A stretch of 64,000 nt of DNA from Cenococcum geophilum (GCA_050273025.1 CP158635.1:29946001-30010000); one strand, 5' to 3'; numbered from the stretch's first letter, positions 1-13,931 are shown. Made by a program: numbers and translations. The notes: generated by a model not told the origin, from the letters alone.

Positions 1-3000
1 TTTATATTCTAGCTTATTCTTAAAGTAGATTATAATATTATCTAAATAGGCCATATAAAAGTCATTAAGGTAGTTAAAGAGTATATTATTTATATACCGC
101 TAGTATATAGCTAGTCCGTTAGTTAATCTAAAAGAAAGTACCTTATATTTATATGTTCTGTAACGGGTCTAAAATATAGTAAAATCCTTAAACCTAAGGT
201 CTATTCTAATTTAGTAGAAGGCTTAGCGGATATTAAGCTTTATAAAAACCTTAGCTCTACTTATTTAGGCTAAAGTCTTATTAAGTAGGGGCAGTGGATA
301 GCGGTCCTTGCAGGTTATATTATTTAGCTTATAGTAGTTAATATAAAAGCGGAGTCCTCTATTTAGCTTTTTAATATAAAAAATAGGCAAGGTAAAAGGG
401 GCTTAGCTAGGCTTAATAAAGCCCTTATTTAGGTTATTAATAAAATACTACTTTATAGCCTATAATTTAGTAATAGACTGCTTATAGAGGGGGCTAAAGC
501 TAAGAGTGTTTTCCTTACCCTACTTAATCTTAATCTTATAGTTATAAGGTCGATAAGGTAAAAGTATATTAAATACTGCTTTAGAGAATATATCCTTAAA
601 TTTCTGGTATTAATAAGGCAGCTTTTATTCTACTAGTTCCTTATTTATAAGCTCGCTTTTTTATCCGCTAAGCTTACCTTCCTTTTCCTTAATTATTTAA
701 TTAATTTTATATAAGCTAGTTATAAAGGCGACAGTATTTAGCTAAACTAAGTTCTAGTAGAATCCTATAGCACTAATATAGTAGATATTAACTAGTAGGA
801 GGTTTACTAGTTTCTTAACAGATATTTATTAGGTTATATTTTGCGGTATAAGGTTTATAATCTTCCTTAACTTATATTCTATTTTCTATAAGTTATCTTT
901 TCTATTTATTAGTTTAGTATAGCGTCTAGTATTCCTAGCTTTCCTTTATAGCTATATAGGGCCTAAGTCCTCCGTAGTTAACTTAGTTAGGTTACTACTA
1001 GCTTTCTAGGTCTTTAATATAGGTGGTATAATATAGCTAGTCTAGGGGCAGTGTAGTATATAGATCCGTTATAGGTTAAGCTATATATCTTTTTTAAAGG
1101 CCTAGTCCCTACGTATAGTATCTACTTAGTAAATAGTATAGATCTAGGGCTGTATAAGGTTTTCTATTATAATGCTAATTTCTTTTATAAAAGAAGGGGT
1201 TAAGGGTAGAGTTTCGGGCTAGATAAGCTGCCTACTCTATATATTAAGCTATAAGCCTAAATAGGCTAGCTATTTTCTTTTTAAGATTATATTATAGCTT
1301 CCTAGGTCTATAATAAGGAAGGGGATATTATACTACCTTCGTCTGTTAATACGGAGGTAAATCCATAAAATAGTCGTAATAGGTAGCCCTATCCACCCAT
1401 TATACCCGTAAATTAGAATTAGTTTAGGTAGTTCTTTAATAGATATATTTAAAAAGTTAGCCAGCTTTACGGTATACTAGGTATCTATTAAAGTAAAGGT
1501 ATTTACTCTAAAGTTAGCTAGAGTAGAGGTTAAAACTTAACATTTATTACGGAATAAAGTATAAGGGATAGTATAGCTTCTTTTACTAACTAGCTAACCT
1601 AGATTAATATATAACATGTTAATCTCTTTTAACCCTAAAGAAAAGTCTTCCTCTAGGGTTCCTCTTTTTCTAACTCTATGCTATTCTCTTAGATTAATAG
1701 GACCTTATCTACTTTTATATTTATTAGGTAATTCTTTATATAGTAGCCTTTCTAACTATAAGAGAAGTAAGCTCCTTAATTACTAAGGGCCTATATATAG
1801 GGGTTGCTATACATAAGCCGAGTATTTACTAGACTTATAGTAGGACTAGCTATATAGCTAGCTACTAAATTAGCGGCGGGCTGTATAGGTGGTGCTATAG
1901 GGGTTATTAATCGTGCTAGGATATTACGGGCCGTACTTATATTACTTATAGTCTAATTTAAAGGGTTTCTAGCCTTATACCGTTCGGCATATACCTTAAT
2001 TTAGTAAAGGCCTTAGTTAATAGCTAAGCACTAGTCCGTAAGTTCCTTTAGCGTCTATATAGTAGTAAGAACTAGTAGTATAGCTTGCTGTAGGTCTAGG
2101 GTAAGCTTATTAAATAGGTCTAGCATTAAATCTTCCTAAGGAATTTAAGCCTAGCCAGCTAGGTATAAAAAGCGGGTCTAAAAAGCTAAGAAGGTCTCTA
2201 TCGTTTTTATATTTAGGCTTTTATAATTAAGTTAGGCGTTTTATACTTTAAAGGGGTCCTTATAGATAGAAGATAGGTAAATAATTATTTCTTTTTTAGA
2301 GAGAAAGGGATCTGCTAAGTCCTATATATATCGCGGATATAGGTACGTCTATACGTCCTTACTAGTACGGCTAAAGACATAGGCTATTTTAGCTTAAGTA
2401 GTAGGGAAGTAGTCCGTATTGACTTTAAGCTTATCCTATAATTAAAGCTTCCAATTATTAAATATAGGGTTAGTTCCGTTTATAAGTAATAGGGGGCCCG
2501 CAACCTTCGCGGACCGCGATAATACTAATACTATATATTAGGCTAGGGTTTTAAGGACTATAGTAAGTCTCTAGGTGTTAAATAACTCTTTATTAGGTAT
2601 AGGGGGTTCTTTAGCTTTAAGCAGCTCTTAAAGTCGTTTAATTTTAGCATTAGCTGCTATAAGCTCCTCGTAGGAGTTTAAGTTAATTGCTATTTTACTA
2701 TTAGAGGTATTTAAGGGTCCTATAGCTGCTTTGCCAGCTACTGTATTTCTTAGCATAGTAGTATAGTTATTAAGGGAACTTTTAATAGGATTCTGCAGGG
2801 GTTCTAGTCTATACTTATTCTTTAGGTCTTATTATTCTTTTCTATTCTTTAAGTTCTAGTAATAGTCTTTAGGTTTACTTCTATATTCTATTCTTATTTA
2901 TAGTCCTATAGATATATTTAAGTTCCTTCTTAGGAAGAAAGGGTGGTTTAAGCTTTAGATAATATTAGCGACTTAGTTAATTAAGGCATAAGCACGGTAA

Positions 3001-3209
3001 GAAGGACGTATGCAAGCCTGTATAATTGGATTGTCTATAAACGAGTATCTAAAGCTAAAGAAAGGAGAGGAGACGGAGGGTGGCGCCACTTGACGTTATA
3101 TACAATCCTTTAGTTACGTAACAGTAATTTGTCTAAAACTGTCTAAAACTGTCTGCGATTGTCCACTACAATCTACTAATATCCACTAGTTTCCACCAGC
3201 GCCGTAATA
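1..3209 (-). mobile_element. RIP-degraded Ty3/Gypsy LTR retrotransposon (family D): 5' LTR ~2963-3209 plus gag/protease region, running off the window start; inserted into a hAT transposase
   Basis: Minus-strand gag-like and aspartic-protease-like remnants. The LTR-like block ends in RIP-altered TG..CA termini (gccgtaata at 3201-3209). The inner LTR boundary is approximate. Confidence 0.75.
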
Positions 3210-3987
3210 GATTTTGGTGGATGACTAATAAAATACGTTAATAGTAATAAGCAAAATAACGTCGTTTCTAATCCTCTTAACTAGTAGCTTAAAATTAGTT
3301 AAATCCTTTATCCAATACTTGCCAAGATTACCCTTAATATATTCTCTATACTAGTAATAAACTCTATATATAAATAAGCCTTTAGCTAAGCTAAAAGGAT
3401 TATTACTAATAAGCGTAATTAATTATTAGCCGATATAATTAAAGCAGATTAATATCGAAAGTGGTAGTTAATTAAAGGCCTTTTATTAAGCAGTTTAATT
3501 AACTATATTAACTTTAATAGAGGTTTAACTATACCTTAGTTAACGAGCTTAGATATTAATCCTACTAGCTATAAGCTAACTATGGAGGCAGAAAAGCTAG
3601 CTTAGTAAGATATATTTAACGGAGCTTTGTATTTAATTAAATCTAATATAGAAATAGAGCCTTTAGAGCCTTTACTAATACCTTCTTTCTAACTTTGCTA
3701 CTAATGTTACTACTAAATATTCTACCTTTTTTAATCTCTATAGGTGTGCAGGACGAATTTAGCTATATTTAAATACTATATTAGGTAAATTGGGGTTAGA
3801 TTTAACTAGGTAACGTTAATATTTAGATATATAGAGGTGCTGCTAAAAATCCGTAATAAAACACCATAAAGTTTATATCACTTTCCTAATTGGGACAGCT
3901 AGCTAACAGCGTGATAGTTAGCGTACCCTACCTTATAGTCAGCTATAAAAGCTAAAGCTCGCAGCTAGCTGACTGTTGGACACACTG
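3210..3987 (+). mobile_element. 3' end of a hAT DNA transposon (CAGTGTGTCCAA-TIR family) with transposase C-terminal dimerisation domain
   Basis: De-RIPed reading PLNWWL..YPILAKIALD.FSIPAM...ERAFS.AKR.IT..RN.L. Terminal ttggacacactg at 3976-3987. About 400 bp match the reverse complement of 25350-25790. Confidence 0.85.
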
Positions 3988-6900
3988 TTTTGACTTAAGG
4001 TAGTAGGGGCTAGTGTATTCTTTAATGCCTGAAGCCGTTTGTGTACCGTATTGAGGTCATTAATAAGGGGAAGGTAGGCTATAGATGTGGTGTAGGGTAG
4101 GCAAAAATCTAATCTTATCTCGATATGATCGACGATCCACTATTGATATAATATCTCGTATCGTATCTCGTATCGTGATATTCCTTAGCATTCTCTATCA
4201 AATTTTCTTCCATTAAATTTACTACTTTTTTACTATAATATCGTATGAAATATGGCTTTAGAAGCGGATTTATCTCTTTTTAAAAATACTCCTAGCTTAA
4301 TTAAGAGCTCCAGCACATAATAGGCTCAGCTTTAGTCTTCAGTCTATGAATTTACTCGCCTACTGTACGAAAACAAGCTAATATATGATAAAAAAAACCG
4401 AAGGCTTATATACTGCAATTAGTGCGAAAGTTACTTAACACTATTAACTATAAATATTAAAAACACCTTGCGAAAGACCACGTAATCTCTATTAACTTAA
4501 AACAGCCTTATACGAAGGAGTAAGCACTTTAAAAGCTTTAGGAACTTTAGGCATAAATAATATTAAAATTTGGGACAGACGAAGTTAATTTTATAATCCT
4601 TATAAAGGCTCTAAATAAGGATGTTATTTAGTAAGCTCTTATTAACTTAGTTATTATATAAAACCTTTTATTCTAAATTATAGAGTAGGAAGAGTTCTAT
4701 ATCTTCTATTAGGCTCTTAACCTAAAGTTATCCGATTTAATAATAATAACATATATAAAAATTTCTTAGATAATTATCTATTCCTTTTAGTTATAGAAAG
4801 ACATTATATAAAGACGAGTTTAATTAGCGTTAATAAGTATTTATCTTTCTATTAATATCTAGACGTCCCTAAATAACTACCTTCTTCTTACAGTCTGCGC
4901 CTACTTTATTAATAGCTAGGAAAACCAGATAAAAGCTTTTTTTGCCTTTTATATGGTACCTAGTTATAGTAGAGCTAAATAATAAAATACTTTTCTCCTA
5001 GTTTTAGAGGAGTATAGGATTATATAAAAGCTTAGAGCTATTATTACAAATAATTCTATAATAAATAATACCCTTTATTATATAATCTATAAGTATCTTG
5101 CCGATAATAAGGATATTACCTATAATCCTATCTAATAACGTATCCGCTGCTAGGGGTATACTATTAATCTCGCCGTCTAGGCCTTCCTCTTTAAAGACAC
5201 TCTTAAATTTAAGGCTATTAAGTTATATAAAAGGAATAATATAAGTGGAGAAGAGCGAAGTTATAAGGAAGAGATTAAGCAGAAATAGGCTTTCTAAGCA
5301 ATAGGCCTACTTAGTAAGCTTTATAATATTATAGTATACTTTTATATCTTAGTAAGTCGTATAAAGGAGTTTAAGACTTTAGTTAGAAGATAAGTTCTAC
5401 TTAATAATTGTATAAGATAGAATAGCTAGTATTAAATGCTAAGCGTCTTACTTAAGCATAAGTTAGGAATTGATAACTATATTAAAGGCAACTTTAATAT
5501 ACTTAAGGAGGATTATATCTCGCCGCAAGACTAGAAGCTTCTTTATATGATTTATACCTTTTTAAAGCTATTCTACCGTGCAATATTAGAGATATAAGGG
5601 GATTATGCAATACTTAATTAAGTACTCTTTATAATGGATGTGCTTATTAAATATATAAAGAACTCTCTAGTATAAGTCTTCTCCTAATTACTTTATTTTA
5701 AGCTAAAGCTAATATTATATAATAGGTACTCTTTAAATTAAATAAAGCTCTCTTACTTTGAGTAAAGAATGCATAGGTAAAGTTTAATAAGTACTACTAG
5801 AGAATAGATAACTCGCCTCTTTATACCGCTACACTTATTTTTTATCTAAATCGTTATATAAAGTATATTAAGACATTTTAGAAGGAGTGGCAGAAAATAA
5901 TACTTTTAAAGATTTAATAGCTCTGGGAAATATACCGAGAATTAGAAAAGCCTACTACCTCTCTTTAGATAATATTGTATAATAAGCTATTATAAGATAA
6001 GTATAAGGAACTTAATAAGTATGATTAAATTATAAATAAGTTAAATAAAAAGGTTATTTAACTAGCAAGCTAGGATGAGTACGAGGACTACTACTCTGAA
6101 GTACTATACGAAATTAAAGTTTCTCTACTTTAGTGGTGGTCTTAAGAATAATAAATAAAGCGCTAGCTACGGCTTTTACTCTTTATAAGAGAGGTACTTT
6201 TAATTTTAGCTATAAGTAACGAACTAGAGAGAGTATTTTTAGAAGGGCGTTATACGGTATTATGGGAGAGAATATAGCTTAGATTTTAGAACCTTAAGAA
6301 AACGGAGTATATAAAGAGCTGGCACTAAAGTGAAATTTTAAAAGGAATATAGTAGTTGTATAAAGAAAGGTATATAAAAGATATATTATATAACACTAAA
6401 GGGTAGGGGTATAAGATATATAATAAAGTAATTTTCGGTAAAAGGTAACTACTAAAGGCGCGTAGGTGGTATATGTAAATATATACTAATTTTAAACTTA
6501 ATAGATTATAAGTTTAAATCCTACTAATGTCGTCCTTTACTAGGAATTAGGAAATATAATTATCTAGTATACTCCCTGTCCTACTATATAAGAGATTCTT
6601 TAGTAATATTACTATACTATAAGTAAACTCTCCTCTCTATACGATATACCTATATAACTAACTACTCTTAGGATAAGTAGAAGAGGGTAAAAGCTTTACC
6701 GGCGATTAATATAGAGGCTTAGGTAGGGGGGGTATTAGAGAAGCAGGTGTGGATAGGGAGGCCCTTATATATAAATGCAATTCTGATTTAAAGTTATAAA
6801 TCTCTAAATATAATTATAAGTAACCTATATTACTCGTATAAGGTAGAGAGCTAATTAACGCTAGCCCTACAAGGCCTATACGGCGACTCTACGTCGTCTA

Positions 6901-8077
6901 GTAGGCCCTTACCCCTTCACTAAGTGTCGGAGTCTCCTAGGGTTCTATGGTAGGTGCTATAGAAATTATAAATAGCGGGATTATAGGGCTCGATGTTCAT
7001 TATACGGTAAAAATTCTTAGCCTATAATGGCGGCAGTAGGAGCACTAGAGGGTAAGGATCGGATTGTAGAACTAGAGGATAATAAGGAATAGATAAAAGT
7101 TACTAATTTTAATCCCCTCTCTTTTTTGCCATTGTTATTTTATTTTATAATATTTTATATAAAGGAAAGTATAAATAGAGAGGGTAAAAAGGAGATACCT
7201 AATTAGTAGGGAAGCTAAGGACGTTAGTAATTAATATTTTAGCTGCAATTACTCTCTTATTTGGTAGCGGATCAAAAAAATCGATTGATATGATATGATA
7301 TGATATGATCTCGCGTATCGTATCGATAAGGATTGATTGGATTTTTGCCTACCCTGATGTGGTGCAAACGATGTAGTTGCTGATATCGTTTATAGCCTAT
7401 TTTTGCTTCTGGTGTATTCGTAGATTATCCTTATATTCGGCATAGAGCTAGTTATAGGCAGTAAGCTGGTTTGGGTCTAGCTTTGCTATTAATATAGCAG
7501 TGGGTAGTACGTCCGTTGGTATAGGTCGATTCAGTGGTTCCAGTTTTAGAAGCTCGTTTTTCTTCTTGGATGGGTCGATATACTGCCATACCTCGTTGGT
7601 TTTAGCAGTGTCTTGGATGATAAAGAACCATTAAATCTAATCAGATGGCTTGTTAAGGATAAGGTTGATTTTTGAATGAGATTCGTTCGTAGGAGTCGCC
7701 ATTTTAGAGTTTGATTGGGTTAGGAGGGTCCAGGTTAGCAGCTAGCGTCTTTGCAGAACCTTATTTGGACGTTGATTTAATTCGTTAGTTCGTTCGTCGG
7801 TTGGGTACGCTCATCGACTGGGGTCGATCGTCCGTTCGTTTAATAGGTGAAGAAGCTCGAGACACTGCAAAGGTGGTGGAAGTAGTGACTTCTTGAATGA
7901 GGTAGTAGATTAATTTGCTCAGCAGGTAGTGCGATCCGGGCTCATAACTGTAAGCTTTGCAGTGTGGAAGAATTGAACGAGCGACTTGATTGTAAATGTA
8001 GCTCTAAAATCTCTATATATACACGAGGTAGGGGGCAAGAAGATGACGACGATGATCCATAATTGCCACTGTAGACA
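3988..8077 (-). mobile_element. Truncated Ty1/Copia 5' end (LTR 7949-8077, PBS-like GTTATGAGCCCGG, gag start ~7701), interrupted by the hAT at 4093-7356
   Basis: Minus-strand MATPTNESHSKINLILNKPSD..WFFIIQDTAKTNEVWQYIDP is gag-like. The same LTR-adjacent motif follows the Copia LTR at 21508. Confidence 0.75.
4093..7356 (+). mobile_element. Full-length RIP-inactivated hAT transposon (CAGGGTAGGC-TIR family), copy 1; transposase ~4255-6350
   Basis: TIRs (t/c)agggtaggcaaaaatc / gatttttgcctaccctg. 8-bp TSD ATGTGGTG at 4085-4092 and 7357-7364. De-RIPed motifs: BED-like CxxC..H, DIWTSPN, RIRCxGHTINLAVQAFLF, TRWNSW, SIPAMSDEPERVFS. Confidence 0.95.
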
Positions 8078-8085
8078 ACGTCGCT

Positions 8086-8297
8086 TAGTCGGTGATAGGT
8101 AATAGAAATAGGTAATGGAAATAAGTGGTGAGACATGCGATGACGGGAAACAGGGTGGTGAGTCATAAGGTAGCGCAAGCTTTGGTACCGGTAGTCGGTT
8201 ACAAAAGAGACTATATATACATGAGGTGGGTGGCGAAACGCTGACGACAACGCTGACGACGATTTGTAATTGTCGCTCTATTGCCACTCGGTCGACA
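8086..8297 (-). mobile_element. Probable Copia solo LTR, related to the adjacent LTR at 7949-8077
   Basis: Minus strand starts TGTCGAC. It shares a TATA block and the ttgccact..gaca end with the neighbouring LTR. Candidate 5-bp TSD tcgct/ttgct. Confidence 0.5.
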
Positions 8298-8300
8298 TTG

Positions 8301-11300
8301 CTACTCAGCCGGTAATAGGTGGTCGACAGCAACGTAGTATGCTTCAGAAAAAGCATTAATAGCATAAAATAACAACGCATCAAAAGCCATCGTCCCAGCT
8401 AGAAGAAAAACCACTACAGCGTACCCCGTAATCTTCAAGACCATATACTGCACTTGGCGATGCCTTCCGAATACGTATTCGCAGCACAGTTGCCCAAGTT
8501 GCTGACCGAAAGTTAAGCAGATCGCCGTATACACGAATAATATGAGGGTAATAAGCCCAAGCCATATTGCATATTCCAAAATAATTTCCCGCCAACCCAG
8601 TGTCAAATAATTAGTCCCCCAGCTGTAAGGCGTTAGAGGCGCTGAAGGGAAATCGTAGAGAATGTCGACAGCAATAAGAACCGCCATTCCGAACACCAAG
8701 AGACCAAGATTCCAGTACCAGTCTTGCTCTTCCAGCTGCGGGATCTTAAACGCAGCAAGGACTTCGTCATCATTTTGACGAGCTGAGAGGTTGGTTGCGC
8801 TTGTTCCAGTTCTTAAGGTATTTGCGTGGCTCGATGGTAGTGTCGTATGCGTGTGAGTCGGGTATAGGGAAGGACTTTTTGATTCTGCATTCGCTTTAAT
8901 CATCACAAGTTCCAACTTCTAACATAGAAAAGAGCCTATACTTGTGAATAGTTGCTCGCTCAGAGAAAGAAACGGGAGAGCAATCAGTAGTAAGGCCATG
9001 ACCTGTCCAAATCCCCAAATCTTTTGTTCCAAAAGGCCGGAAGCGGTCCATGTAGTGAGGAGCCGTATAGTGCCCCACGCTAGGGCTGCCATGAGCCAAA
9101 ATATCTTGGGTAAAACGTTAGTCCTATAGGAGGATTAGCAAGTCATTACTTACTTCCCAAAGCATAGATTGGCCAATTTCAATCAAAACCTTCAGTAGCA
9201 CGTAGATCGTCTTAATTATTAGAGCCAGGGTAGGCGAAATCCGTTATCAATTAGATTGATACAATACGCGAGATCATATTATATCATATCATATCGATTA
9301 ATTTTTTTAATCCGCTACTAAATAAGCGAGTAATCTACCAACGTCCTTAGCTTCTCTACTAATTAGGTATTACCTTTCTACCCTCTCTATTTATACTTCT
9401 CTTTATATAAAATACTATAAAATAAAATAAAAGTAGTAAAAAAGAGAGGAGATTAAACTTAGTAACTTTTATCTATTCCTTATTATCCTCCAGTTCTATA
9501 ATCCGATCCTCACCCTCTAATACTCCTACTGCCGCCGCTATAGGCTGAGAATTTTTATCGTATGACGAACATCGAGCCCTATAATCCCGCCACTTGCAAT
9601 TTCTACAGCACCTACTATAGAACCCTGGGAGACTCCGACACTCAATAAAGGGGCGAGGGCCTACTGGACGACGCGGAGTCGCCGTACAAGCCTTATATGG
9701 CTAGCGTTAATTAGCTCTCTGCCTCGTATAAGTAATATAGCTTACTTATAGTTGTATTTAGAGATCCACGGCTTTAAATTAGAATTGCATTTATATATAA
9801 GGGCCTCCCCGTCCAAACCTACTTCTCTAATACCCCCCCTACCTAAGCCTCTATATTAATCGCTGGTAAAGCTTCTACCCTCTCCTACTTATCCTAAGAG
9901 TAGTTAGTTATATAGGTATATCGTACGGAGAGAAGAGTTTACTTATATTATGGTAATGTTGCTAGAGAATCTCTTATATAATAGGACGAGAAGTATACCA
10001 GATAATTATATTTCCCGATTCTTAATAAAGGACAACGTCGGTGGGATTTAAACTTATAATCTATTAAGTTTAAAAGTTAGCATATATTTACATACGCCAC
10101 CTACACGCCTTTAGTGGTTACCTTTGCCTAAAATTATTTCATTTATATATCTTATACCCTTACCCCTTAGCGTTATATAACATATCTCTTATATACCTTC
10201 CCTCGTACAACTACTATATTTCTTTTATTCCTCCTTTTATCCAAAATCTAGCTATTCTCTTCTAAAATTTTACTCCTATGCCAACTCTTTATACACTCTG
10301 TTCTTTTAATACTTAATATTCCAAGCTTTATCCTTTCCTATAATATCGTACAACGTCCTCCTGAAAATACTCTCTCTGGTTCGTCGCTTATAGCTAGAAT
10401 TAAAAGTACTTCTCTTGCAAAGAGTAAAAGCCGCAGCTAGCGCTTTATTTATTGTTTTTAAGACCACCACTAAAGTAAAGAAACTTTAATTTCGTACGGT
10501 ACTTTAGAGCAGTAGTCCTTATACTCGTCCTGGCTTACTAGTTAAGTAACCCTTTTATTTAACTTATTTATAATTTGATTGTACTTATTAAGTTCCTTAT
10601 ACTTATCTTATAAAAGCTTATTATATAATATTGTCTAAAGAGAGGTAATAGGCCTCTCTAATTCTTGGTATGTTTCCTAGAGCCGTTAAACCTTTAGAAG
10701 TATTATTTTCTGCTATTTCTTCTTCCAAAATGTCTTAATATACTTTATATAACGATTTGGGTAAAGAATAAGTGTAGCGGCATAAAGAGGCGAGTTATCT
10801 GTTCTCTGGTAGTACTCGTTAAACTTCGCCTATATATTCTTTACTTAAAGTAAGAGAGCTTTATTTAATTTAAAGAGTACCTATTATACGATATTAGCTT
10901 TAGCTTAAAATAAAGTAGCTAGAGAGTTATATAAGAGAGTTCTCTATATATTTAATAAGCACATCTATTATAAAGAGTACTCGATTAAGTGTTGTATAAT
11001 CCCCTTATATCTCTAATATTGCACGGTAGAATGGCTTTAGAAAGGTACAAATCGTATAAAGAAGCTTTTAGTCTTATGGCGAGATATAATCCTCCTTAAG
11101 CGTATTAAAGTTGCTCTTAATATAGTTATCAATTCCTAACTTATGCTTAAGCGAGACGCTTAGTATTTGATACTAGCTATTCTATCTTATATAATTATTA
11201 AGTGGAACTTATCTTTTAACTAAAGCCTTAAACTCCTTTATACGACTTGCTGAGGTATGGAAGTATACTATAATATTATAAAGCTTACTGAGTGGGCTTA

Positions 11301-13429
11301 TTACTCGGAAAGCCTATTTCTACTTAATCTCTTCCTTATAACTTTGCTTCTTTCCGCTTATGTTATTCCTTTTATATAACTTAATAGCCTTAAGTTTAAG
11401 AGTACCTTTAAAGAGGAAGGCCTAGACAGCGAGATTAATAGTATGCCCCTAGCAGCGGATACGTTGTTGGATAGGATCCTAGGTAATATCCTCATTATTA
11501 GCGAGATACTTATGGATTATATAATAGAGAGTATTATTTATTATAGAATTATCTATAATAATAGCTCTAAGCTTTTATATAATCCTATACTCCTCTAGGA
11601 CTAGAAGAAGAGTATTCTATTATTTAGCTTTACTATAACTAAATACCGTATAAAGGGCAAGAAAAGCTTTTATCTAGTTGTCCTAGCTATTAATAAAGTA
11701 GGCGCAGACTGTAAGAAGAAGGTAGTTATTTAGGGACGTCTAGATATTAATAGAAAGATAAATACTTATTAATGCTAATTAAACTCGTTTTCGTATAATG
11801 TCTTTCTATAACTAAAAGGAATAGGTAATTATCTAAGAGATTTCTGTGTATATTGTTATTATTAAATTGGATAACTTTAGATTAAGAGCCTAATAAAAGA
11901 TATAGAACTCTTCCTACTTTATAATCCGGAATGGAAGGTTTTGTATAATAACTAAGTTAATAAGAGCTTACTAGATAACTTCCTTATTTAAAACCTTTGT
12001 AAGGATTATAGAATTAACTTCGTCCGTCCTAAATTCTAATACTATTTATGCCTAAAGTTCCTAAAGCTTTTTAAGTGCTTGCTCCTTCGTACGAGTATAA
12101 GGCTATTTTAAGTTAATAGAGATTATATAGTCTTTTGTAAGGTGTTTTTTTATATTTGTGGTTAATAGTGCTAAGTAGCTTTCGCACTAATTGCAGTATA
12201 TAAGCCGTCGGTTCTTTTTATCGAATATTGGCTTGTTTTCGTATAGTGGGCGAGTAAATTCATAGACTAGAGATTAAAGCTGAGCCTGTTGTGTGCTAGA
12301 GCTCTTAATTAAGCTAGGAGTATTTTTAAGAAGAGATGAATCCACTTCTAAAGCCATGTTTCGTACGATATTGTAGTAGAAAAGTAATAAGTTCAATAGA
12401 AGAAAATTTGATGGGGAATGCCAAGGAATATCACGATACTTTGATACGATACGAGATATCATATCGATAGTGGATCGTCGATCTGTATCGCGATAAGATT
12501 AGATTTCGCCTACCCTGATTAGAGCTAGCGTAGCCCATAGGTTACGACAAGTGGCCACCTTTGAGCTTTCTGATCGGTTCGAGGTAGAAAGGAAAAATGT
12601 CTTCAACGAATTTTTAGGCTTGGTTCTCAGCCATAGTTGTGCAATGATGGAAGTGTATGTAAAGAGGCTGACGACACGTGAGATATAGCTGACGAACAAG
12701 AAAGATAGAGAGAGCATGATGAATAGCCCGTTAAATGGAACGATTGAAGCTGGGTCACTCTGAGATGCCTTATTATAACCTGCGGTTGAAAACAGGCACA
12801 AAGCTGGAACAGCAAGAGCAGTCCTCTCAGAATAGATCTGCGAAATGTAGCCTGCGGACCCTAGAGCGGTTCCAAGTAACACGATGGTACAGCCCATAAG
12901 GAACACACGCCAGTAAGCTAGCGTTGGCTGGCTGCGAAAGAACGCTCGCAATGCCGTTAGAGTCGTGAGGTGAGTGAGGGAGGAGAACCATGCAAGATAG
13001 ACAATGACCTGCCAATGATACGCGGATAATGAGCAGGGTAACTGAGTATATCCACTAACAAGAATCCCGATACCAGTAACGAGCTACTGGTCACTAAACA
13101 TCAGGACCGCGGATTCAATTGCGGTACTCCAATTTCGAGAAGGTTTGGCACGGTCGCTGATCAGGGGTTTCCAGAGCTTCGCAGCACCATCGATGATCAC
13201 TCGGTCGACGCGATTTCCCGTGTGCTCATAATCAAAGAGGTAATAGATGATGGCCACACCAAGGGTGATGTAGGCTGTCGCCATAAATGCGGTGATGATC
13301 TGCCTAGCCTAAGCTCCAAGATCGGCTATCTCATTGTGCGTGTGCAGGTCTTACCCCAATCCCAGCAATTTCAGAGTTTCCTTGCAGTTCTCTCCAGGAT
13401 GAGCAATTTGCTGGAAGGCAAGTTGCCAC
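8301..13429 (-). pseudogene. Disrupted fungal multi-pass membrane protein gene (~558 aa). Exons 13429-13355, 13299-12518 joined to 9217-9154, 9104-8942, 8893-8301
   Basis: Removing the hAT and one TSD copy restores the frame (..NLWATLAL|IIKTIYVLL..). GT-AG introns of 55, 49 and 48 bp. Motifs EIAGIG/IITAF, FSDQ*LVTGIGIL, YHWQVIVYLAWFSSLTH and WGFGQVMALLLIALP. In-frame TAG at 13084-13086; the apparent start codon reads GTG. Confidence 0.88.
9226..12517 (-). mobile_element. Full-length RIP-inactivated hAT transposon (CAGGGTAGGC-TIR family), copy 2, inserted in exon 2 of the membrane protein gene
   Basis: TIRs cagggtaggcgaaatc / gatttcgcctaccctg. 8-bp TSD ATTAGAGC at 9218-9225 and 12518-12525. 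Inverted homologue of 4093-7356. Confidence 0.95.
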
Positions 13430-13748
13430 TGAGGGAAGGCGCAGAGTGTGAAAGTTTCTTGAGGATCAATGTTCACCAACTCTATTCAAGAGGGGGAGTC
13501 CTAAGCTAGCCTTGTAGCTCTAGTTAACTCGGAAAGCAGTCTTAGGGCTAGTGGAAGCCTGAAAAAGGAGCCATATATATATCCCAAGTAAAGGCGGGCA
13601 GGATATCATCTTGCGCTGCCCGACCTGGTCCAACTAGTTGCCGATAAATTTCAGTGGGCGCCCCATCTCGAGCTGATTGACAGGACGACGCTCTAGCGGC
13701 AATTTGGCTTGGCCCAAGATTTATGTGTCCCAATTTGGGTTGCTAATA

Positions 13749-13931
13749 CACCACCCTGGCGCATCCGGTTGAAAGCGCGTGTTGGTCTTAGCGGTCAGAC
13801 GGCAGAGTTTATACCTTTTGAAGTAATACGCACGACCATTTTAGCGTTTTATTACCTTTTTTAGGTATAAATGTACGCATTTTGATTAGTGTGATCAACA
13901 CGCGCTTTCAACCGGATGCGCCAGGGTGGTG
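13749..13931. mobile_element. MITE (Tc1/mariner type, 183 bp) upstream of the membrane protein gene
   Basis: About 36-bp near-perfect TIR caccaccctggcgcatccggttgaaagcgcgtgttg, with TA on both flanks. Confidence 0.9.

Noticed and set aside
7919..8383. 154-aa and 102-aa minus-strand ORFs
   Set aside because: They run through two LTR-like sequences and overlap the better-supported membrane gene exon in another frame.
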